Positions 60,338 to 64,000 of a DNA stretch of 64,000 bases are shown piece by piece. Source of the stretch: Dudresnaya verticillata (lineage: Eukaryota). The position numbers and the translations under genes are program-made. The notes under the pieces are model-generated. The model worked only from the letters and a program-made list of their open reading frames with translations, searched no databases and was not told the origin of the DNA. Each line of letters opens with the position of its first letter. The first letter of the stretch is position 1. The stretch lies in assembly GCA_977862235.1 (NCBI GenBank), contig OZ374564.1:1674001-1738000 (forward strand), in the 5' to 3' direction.

Positions 60338-62818
60338 ATGCATAGGGGATGTCGTAGACGTGACGAGGCTATCACAGAATCCCACGTCGCCGAAGGTACC
60401 TGGGACGGGGCCAGTGACCACGCACCCATCGTCGCCACCCTCCGACCGCGCTTCCCCACTCCGTCCCTAGCCCCAACCTGCGCCAAGCGCGCCCGCCACC
60501 GGGTTACCAAGACGACATTGGCGAACTCAAAACACTACGAAGCTGTCAGACAATGCTACCGAGAATCCCTGCCCCCCTTTATTGCAGAACTGAAAACCTC
60601 CAGGACCTCGCTTGGGGCTCAGAACACCCTTGCCAAACTCCCCACCATCCTCTCAAAGCCTTGGGTTAGCGTTGCACCCCCAAGACCCCGTCGTTTTAAG
60701 CCACACTGGTCCATTGAGCTCGACTGCATGCGACGGCATAGGCGCCGTGCGTTACGGCGAAGTACAAGCTCTGCTGCAGCACCCCAAGGCGCCGCTGCTG
60801 AGCAGGAATACCGTAAGCTACAGCGTGTTATACATTCCCGAGTTCGAGCCATCAAACGTCGCCAGAAGGATAGATCCCAGCAAGAGTTGCTTCAACGACC
60901 TCACTCTGACTTGGCTACTGCGATACGTGCGCAACAGATGAAGCGCAAGCGACGACTTCGGCTCCAAAACGCTACAGGACCCTCTCTAGCCCCAGCCCGC
61001 TTCACCCGGCACATGCGATCTCCCGCCACTGTCCCACCCACGCCAGCTTCCCAAGAATTTTATGTACCTCCTTCCTTCCGGCAGTCCATCCTTCGGGCTA
61101 TCTCCTCCATGGCAAGCGGAAAAGCGGTTGGACCAGACAACACACACGTGGAAATGCTGAAGCTCTGTCCCTCCCTCTGTGCTGACTTGCTTTTTGCAGT
61201 GTGGCAGTGCTGTGGCCGATTTGGAATATTCCCAAGTGCCTGGAATGAGGGCGTCCTGATTCCTGTTCACAAGTCCGGACCGGTTGAAGATCCAGACAAC
61301 CACCGCCCCCTTTGTATGCTCTCCCATTTACGAAAAGTTATTGACAGAGCAATCGCCTACGAAATAGAGGGAGTCTACTCACCGCACTACATGCAGCTGG
61401 GCTTCCAGCGACACTTGCGCGCTGATATGGGTATTGCGTTGACTCTCGCGGCCAACGCAACTGGCGACGACTACACTGCTGTTCTGGACATGAAACGGGC
61501 CTACGATCGAGTTGACCGCCACAAACTGCTGCAAACGTGCTCCGACCGGCTCTCCCCGCACCTCGTCGCTATGATTTCGACAACGCTTGGCCCCTTGACT
61601 GTCCACACCGCCGGAGATGCTACAAACACAATCGCAGAGATTCGCAGTGGAGTGGTTCAATGCTCGCCTCTCAGCCCAATCCTGTTCAACATTTTTATCG
61701 ATGCGCTGGCATACGATCTGTGCGAAAAGCTTGGAAGGCGTGACACAACCCCCCCGGGCCGGCTCTTTGCCGACGACTGCCTCATACATGTTAGTTCTGC
61801 TCACGAACTCCGGCAGTCCCTCCTGGTTTGTGACGAATGGGCACAGAAGTACGGGATGACTTGGTCTGTACAGAAATGTACTGTGCTGCTCCCACACCGC
61901 CACAGAGGCCGCCTTAGCTCTGCGCAGTTCCGCCTAGCTGGACAGTCTGTCCCCCATCGCGATACGACTCGATACCTTGGAGTGGACATCTCCCCCGACG
62001 GAGCTCAAACATCAACTGTGCTGACTCGTGTTGACTCAGCACAGAAGAATCTTCGATCACTAGCCGCACTGGGCATCGTATCACCCAAAATGCCAGCCAG
62101 TGCCTGCCGTTTCATATACAATACCTTCATGCGCTCAACTTACGAGCATGGCTGCACCCTGGTAAGCTATACAGCTGAAACGCAAGCCGCGATGGACAGC
62201 CTGGATGCCGCATTCTTCCGCCTAGTGCTGTCGCAGCCGTCGAAACGCATGCCCCGTACCCGGCTACAGAAGCTCCGCGCGATCTTTCAGATTGAACCGC
62301 CTCTCCTGCGCCAACGAGCCCTACAGCACAAGCTTATCGCCTCCCTCCAACATCGTGCTCGACACCAACCGCGCCTATCGCGCCCCACCTGGCAGGCTCG
62401 ACACACATTAAGTGCCCTCCGCCATGTGCCCAATGAGACATTACAAGAGGCGCTACAGAACCCGCTCCCCCGTCGCGTCCTTGTCCAGCAATGCCATTCC
62501 GCCTGGAAGGAAGCCCTGGCGGGGCGCCGCCCCGCTCCTCTCCCCACGACTTCGTGTCCCGCGCCGGCCCTGCGACTCGCCGACTACCGCGACAGACTGC
62601 TGGCCATCCGGTGGCATTTGGGTACCTTCCCCATCCCCCCTTCCTGCCCTACCAAACGTGCAACCCTTCGAACCCACACCCAAGCCCTCCATCTGCTCTC
62701 CAAGCCATACGCCACCCCAGACGATCTACACACCATTGCCAGTACGATCGCCGCCATCCGCACCCTGTGCTCTGCCGAGTTTCCCCCTCTAAACACGCCG
62801 CCATCCTCCCAATCATAG
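60338..62818 (+). mobile_element. 5'-truncated APE-type LINE ORF2 (end of endonuclease, then RT); 3' UTR extends to ~63100
   Basis: SDHAPI (last APE motif), KAVGPD, PVHKSG...NHRPLCML, QLGF, LDMKRAYDRV, GVVQCSPLSPILFNIFID, FADD, YLGV. Confidence 0.93.
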
Positions 62819-63526
62819 ACACACCACCGCTGTCCTTTTTTCCTTCCCGGGGTACACTACAGTGACAGCCCTCTGCCACTGTAGCTGATCCTGGTGTGCC
62901 TGCACATGGGCCTTTAAGTCGCCCGAGCGGGACCACCTAAAACAACCATTAAAAGTTTACGATCACATACCCGTCCGTGGACTGCCCCCAGATTACGGGT
63001 GTAAGCCCGTCTTGTCTACCACATGCAGTAGATATGTGGTTGGTAGGGCGTGTGCCTGCAAATGGGCAACCGCGCACGTTAAAGATTCAATAAATTACAA
63101 CATCACTTGGAGTGAACGGGTGTGCTTTCGAGTTTCTGCCTAGACTGGCTGGCCACCAAGGTTAGTGCGACGCGCAACAGCTATGCATTGTCTCGCGACT
63201 ACATCGACAGAAAACGCAGGACACTGTGGTTTGCAGCGTGCCCTCGAATCTGGCCAACAAGTTCACACCAACGGTGCCAAACATCTGAAAACTTTGTGCT
63301 ATGCAGTGCAGCATCATCAGCTCTCTGACCCATTACGCGTCTTTCCGACGTCCTTGTTGAAATAAAGTCATTGTTGTGAACACACATCCTCGTTTTAAGC
63401 AAATGAGCAACCCTGCGAAAGGGTCTAATTACCTTGTTGGAATAAAGTCATTGTTGTCGTGGCGCCTTATGACCAATAATCGTTACCGCCTTTGTAACGT
63501 TATCGGCGAGGCCGCCCTCGCTGGAG

Positions 63527-63584
63527 AAAGAGAGATGGGGACCTTTATGGTAGGATTGGAAGGGCGCTAAGTCGCCCCGTCTAC
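63527..63584 (-). repeat. Diverged copy of the CRE-like 3' UTR at 48221-48281
   Basis: AGATGGGGA.CTTTATGGTAGGA...CCCCGTCTAC shared at both loci. Confidence 0.75.
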
Positions 63585-64000
63585 GCTGGAGAATGCGGGA
63601 AACCAGTGGTGAAACTAACGAATGGTATTCAGTAGTAGGCTTTGTCCCCCGGCGCGTGGCCAGGAAAGCACCGAGCTTTTGGAGTGCGGTACGGCAATCG
63701 GGGCCAACTCTACCTTCACCACGATCCCTTCTTCGTACTACTGCGTATATCTACTTATTCTCCCCAGTTCTTCAAATACTGTTCTAGCAGTAATTTCATG
63801 CCATTTTTCGTGGGACTCTACTCGATCGTTGAGGCAAAACAGACATGCCATTCTCTGGTCTAATGATACTGCTCCCGCTACTATGTGCTACCAGAGTAAA
63901 CGCGAGTCGTCCTTTAGAAGGCATTCAGCTCCGCTGCTGCACACTGGAAGAAGCACCGAATATCATTCGTGAACCGGCAACGCCGATAGGGTTCAGTGGG

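Noticed and set aside
63352..63457. 26-bp direct repeat CCTTGTTG.AATAAAGTCATTGTTGT
   Set aside because: Real but only two copies; probably retroposon tail remnants or a local duplication with no supportable function.
1..64000. tRNA or rRNA genes
   Set aside because: None recognised; tRNA-like sequence is limited to the two 18-nt primer-binding sites.

Overview
Eukaryotic, transposon-dense 64 kb window. Compact intronless ORFs and the TE mix suggest an alga, possibly a red alga (inference, not proven). Most of the window is nested mobile DNA: three Ty3/Gypsy LTR retrotransposons (3-~6470 truncated; 34453-46118 full length with chromodomain and an intact 865-aa antisense ORF; 53884-59422 full length on the minus strand), several solo or orphan LTRs, a DIRS-order tyrosine-recombinase retroelement with direct terminal repeats, a PIF/Harbinger element, two APE-type LINE copies and CRE-like LINE remnants. 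Two things stand out. (1) The only clearly intact non-TE gene (50897-51796) has the catalytic signature and spacing of a tRNA-dependent cyclodipeptide synthase (XYP type). (2) A decayed module at ~6.6-22.8 kb holds two tandem ParB/Srx-domain genes, one fused to a bacterial beta-class DNA amino-methyltransferase and a Tnp1/En/Spm-C-like domain. A similar domain begins a nearby Sola1-like DDD transposase, and the ParB-MTase genes are bracketed by palindromic motif arrays. This suggests a large DNA transposon carrying its own ParB-methyltransferase. An internally deleted histidyl-tRNA synthetase pseudogene lies inside that interval. All family assignments come from motif recognition by eye; no searches were run.
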